This document shows positions 62,557 through 64,000 of a stretch of 64,000 nucleotides of DNA, piece after piece. Numbering within the stretch: position 1 is the stretch's first letter; each line of letters starts with the position of its first letter. The notes below the pieces were generated by a model. The model worked only from the letters and a program-made list of their open reading frames with translations, did not search any database and had not been told where the DNA came from. The position numbers and the translations under genes are program-made. Origin of the DNA: Candidatus Bathyarchaeota archaeon (GTDB taxonomy: Archaea > Thermoproteota > Bathyarchaeia > 40CM-2-53-6); the NCBI GenBank assembly GCA_963780265.1, contig CAWABQ010000033.1, positions 3,701 through 67,700 on the forward strand. Direction: 5' to 3'.

Positions 62557-63372
62557 TCATTTGGCTTCTATGGTTGCTTTCTTCATGGCTCTGGTCATGT
62601 TCTCCAATTTCTTGGCGGCATGAGATGGGTTTCGCTGATTCTCGGCGATTATTTCAACAAATGCGCTTCCGATTATCGCACCATCTGCTCCTGCGTGGAT
62701 AATTTCTCTAACGTGGTCAGGCTTGGAGATTCCGAACCCTACGGCGAGGGGAATGGAACCAGCTAACGCTCCGCTGTATTTTTTGATTAGGGTGAGAGCA
62801 GACTCAGCGACTGAAGACCGGGCACCTGTGACACCGTATAGTGAAATCAGGTAGAGGTAACCCAAAGTCTGAGCCAGAATCTGCTTAAGCCTGTCCGGAT
62901 GAGTTGAAGGTGATGCCAAGAAGATGGTGTCGATGTCGGCTTCAACGCATTCCTTCTTGTAATCCTTGGATTCTTCGACCGGCAGGTCAGGAACGATAAT
63001 CCCAGAAATCCCGGAATTCTTCGCAAGCCTGAGAAATTCATGTAATCCAACCCTGTAAATGGGGTTAAAGTAACTCATGAGAACCAGGGGCGTGTCGTAT
63101 TTCTCATGAATTGTTCGAGCTATCTCCATAGCATCGAGTGGCCTAGCGCCGTTCGCCAAGGAACGTGTGACGGCGTTCTGAATCGTCGGTCCATCCGCAA
63201 TCGGGTCCGAGAATGGGATACCAAGTTCGATGATGTCCGCTCCACCTCGAATCAGGGCTCCTATTAGGCGGGGGGTTTGCCTAGGGTTTGGGTATCCTAC
63301 TGTCAGATACGCTATGAGCGCGCCTTCGTTTCTCTCCTTCAATTGAGCGAATGATTCTGAGACTCTCGTCAT
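62557..63372 (-). CDS. trpA: Tryptophan synthase alpha chain
   Basis: [40 protein letters not shown]. Confidence 0.97.
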   Translation of the reverse strand: MTRVSESFAQLKERNEGALIAYLTVGYPNPRQTPRLIGALIRGGADIIELGIPFSDPIADGPTIQNAVTRSLANGARPLDAMEIARTIHEKYDTPLVLMSYFNPIYRVGLHEFLRLAKNSGISGIIVPDLPVEESKDYKKECVEADIDTIFLASPSTHPDRLKQILAQTLGYLYLISLYGVTGARSSVAESALTLIKKYSGALAGSIPLAVGFGISKPDHVREIIHAGADGAIIGSAFVEIIAENQRNPSHAAKKLENMTRAMKKATIEAK

Positions 63373-64000
63373 ATCTCAACGCCCAAATTCTTGGCTACGA
63401 TATCAACGTCCTTGTCTCCGCGTCCTGAGAGGTTAACCACTACAAGCTCGTCTCGCTTCATCTTCGACGCTAGAATAGTTGCATAATGTACGGCGTGTGC
63501 GGGTTCGAGCGCTGGTATTATGCCTTCAAGCCGGCTTAGTTCCATGAAGGCTTTCAAGGCTTGTTGGTCCGTCGTCGAAGTGTACTTGGCACGGCCGGTA
63601 GCCTTCAGGTACGCGTGTTCTGGGCCGACTCCTGGGTAGTCCAGGCCGGCTGAGATGCTGTGTGTCGACTGGATCTGGCCATCCTCATCCTGAAGTACGT
63701 AAGTAAGCATTCCGTGAAAGATGCCTTCTTGTCCAGCGCACAATGTTGCCGCATGTTTTCCCGACGCGAGGCCTAAGCCGCCCGCTTCCACACCATACAA
63801 TGCGACATGTGCGTCTTCTATGAAAGGATAAAATGCCCCCATCGAGTTGCTTCCTCCTCCCACGCAGGCAACTATTGCGTCCGGGAGGCGTCCTTCCTTC
63901 TGCAGAATCTGCTCTTTGATCTCTAGGCCAATAACGCTCTGAAAGTCCCTAACTATGGTGGGGTAAGGGTGGGGGCCTACGACTGAACCCAGCAAATAGT
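63369..64000 (-). CDS. trpB: Tryptophan synthase beta chain (5' part outside window)
   Basis: [38 protein letters not shown]. Confidence 0.97.
   Translation of the reverse strand, partial: YLLGSVVGPHPYPTIVRDFQSVIGLEIKEQILQKEGRLPDAIVACVGGGSNSMGAFYPFIEDAHVALYGVEAGGLGLASGKHAATLCAGQEGIFHGMLTYVLQDEDGQIQSTHSISAGLDYPGVGPEHAYLKATGRAKYTSTTDQQALKAFMELSRLEGIIPALEPAHAVHYATILASKMKRDELVVVNLSGRGDKDVDIVAKNLGVEI

Overview
Archaeal chromosomal segment. Thermosome, DRG GTPase, single-OB SSB, Zn-type ferredoxin and a BHB-intron tRNA point to a TACK-group archaeon, possibly Bathyarchaeia (inference). Content is mostly metabolism and housekeeping: PaaF/PaaG-like hydratases, a heme operon of the coproporphyrin-dependent type (radical SAM, TetR, hemC, hemD, hemB, chdC, hemE, ferrochelatase), serS, class II RNR, preQ0 genes (folE, queD, queC), an ABC-2 exporter, a surface-protein/glycosylation locus, thermosome and trpAB. 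About 18 genes carry frameshifts, most likely long-read assembly indels. Main highlights: (1) a tRNA-Leu(CAG) gene at 51015-51208 split by four bulge-helix-bulge introns at 8/9, 14/15, 30/31 and 37/38, which splices to a clean 88-nt tRNA; (2) a 3.9-kb IS6-like cargo transposon at 17438-21347 with an 8-bp TSD, nested internal ends and an operator-flanked divergent promoter, inserted in an aminotransferase gene; (3) unannotated structured RNA candidates at about 50.1-50.4 kb; (4) a heme operon without cgoX/hemY but led by a radical SAM gene.
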